A stretch of DNA of 64,000 bases. It comes from the human T2T-CHM13v2.0 reference genome, Homo sapiens. Position numbers and translations under genes: made by a program. The notes below the pieces were generated by a model, which saw nothing but the letters and a program-made list of their open reading frames with translations, made no database searches and was not told the origin of the DNA. The stretch lies in the NCBI RefSeq assembly GCF_009914755.1, contig NC_060936.1, one strand, 5' to 3'. Below are positions 62,543 to 64,000 of this stretch, one piece after another. The number at the start of each line of letters is the position of its first letter. Positions within the stretch are counted from its first letter, which is position 1.

Positions 62543-64000
62543 CTAAATGATAAACTCAAAGTTAAAGATGGTAGTTACCTCTGGGGTGGGGCATACAGTG
62601 GAGAGAAAAGAGTTTGGTTACTCAGGAAACGTCAAAGTTAACTATAACATTCTTGTTTTTCAAAGTAGGTAGGCACATAGATTTTTCATTTTATTTTTAT
62701 TCTTTACCTTTATACTTACTGAATTATTATTGGACTGTTAAAAAGTCTATTTTCTAATAAAGCAATAGGTTGAGAACAGATGAGAAGTATGATCTGTGAA
62801 TTTGTATTCATAGATCATGAATACAGCTGCTTATTCTTCAAACGCTTCAAGTGCCTACTATGAGCAAGGTGCCATGTTAGGTTTTGATAGTGCAAGACTA
62901 AATGAGACACAGTCCCTCTTTTCAAAGAGTTCTGAGTCTATTTATCTAAAAATTGGCACTGAGTAAGGAATATATACCCATACATGAACCAATCTGATAA
63001 AATTCAGAGCACAAAATTAATTCCGTACAGTAGGATTTCTCGAGTCCTCTATCACACATAATTGACCTGAGGAATTTTGCGCAGGCACAGAAAGGGTGAG
63101 AACAAAATCATAAGCTGACAGCTCTAAAAGTCTCTGAAGTGGGACATCCAATTTTCTAGGTACGTCGGGGGCTACAGGGGCACCCCTCTGTGCCATGCTC
63201 TCTCCTTTGACAAGTGATGAACACAATTCAGAATTCTAAGAGATAGCCCCATAGCTTAAAAATTGCACCAGGAAATGATGGCCAGCTCACTCAGAAAATT
63301 TGTTATTTTGAAATCATCTGTTAAAATATACACCCATTGCCCACAGCCTTGAGAAAGTGACACATAGTCATTTGAAAATATGAGGGTGTTTAGCATGTGC
63401 ATGCCAGCTCATCTCTATTAATGTGAAAAGTCATTTCCTTTTCTTTGAACTAATTTGATTTGGTTTGCTTAAGGGCCTCAATTCCTTTCTTTCACCTTCA
63501 TTTTAGAGCTGCTATGAAATTCAGCCCTTGGCCTACAGAGAGGCTCCAAATTGTCTTGCCTCCTTGCTCATGCATACCACATTTCATGTCTGTGACATAC
63601 AACTCATTTTCATTTGCAATTATTTTGTAGCTTTCAGACAAAGAGAAGTTGAATTGCATTACAAAGAGGTAAGAAAGACATCTAATGTGCTAAAGTATTT
63701 TAAAAGAAATTGAAGTGAATATGTGCTGTGGATTTATTGGCAAAATAATCATTATGTTCAAGTGAGAAGTGGCTAATAAAGATGTAGCCTATGAGAACTA
63801 GGAAGGTAAAGCAGAAAGAACATGGGATTTAGTACAACGAATACTTCTTTTAAATTCTAGTTCTGTCACTTGTTAGTCACATGACCATTCTTTGCCTTTG
63901 GCAGGTTCTTTGCCTTTAAAATAGGGGTAAAAAATCATACCCTTGAGAAATAAATGACAGAATGAAAGCCCATGAGCCACTACCAAATTGTAGATGCATA

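Overview
This is primate genomic DNA (most likely human, hominoid at least), AT-rich and intronic or intergenic in character. I recognise no host protein-coding exon, tRNA, rRNA, snRNA gene or CpG island. All long ORFs come from LINE-1 ORF2, a decayed mariner transposase or Alu, or are of a length expected by chance. Much of the window is interspersed repeat, often nested. It includes about 24 Alus, a 5'-truncated L1PA3-like L1 with a perfect 16-bp TSD, an L1PA5/6-like insertion inside an LTR8 solo LTR, a full-length HSMAR2 mariner inside MER58, MER4A- and MER34-type LTRs, Tigger/MER82, MER5 and MER20 MITEs, a MamSINE1-like element, and many L2, MIR and L1M fragments. Family and subfamily calls come from my recollection of consensus sequences and need RepeatMasker/Dfam confirmation. 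I cannot support a claim of a new biological system. The best unexplained signals are: (i) three short direct doublet duplications of apparently non-TE sequence 1.1-2.2 kb apart; (ii) a 7-codon motif (LPFSGCH) repeated in frame in a 73-codon ORF, with all six nucleotide differences synonymous; (iii) several exon-like segments on the minus strand suggesting a spliced non-coding transcript; (iv) a few transcription-factor motif clusters.
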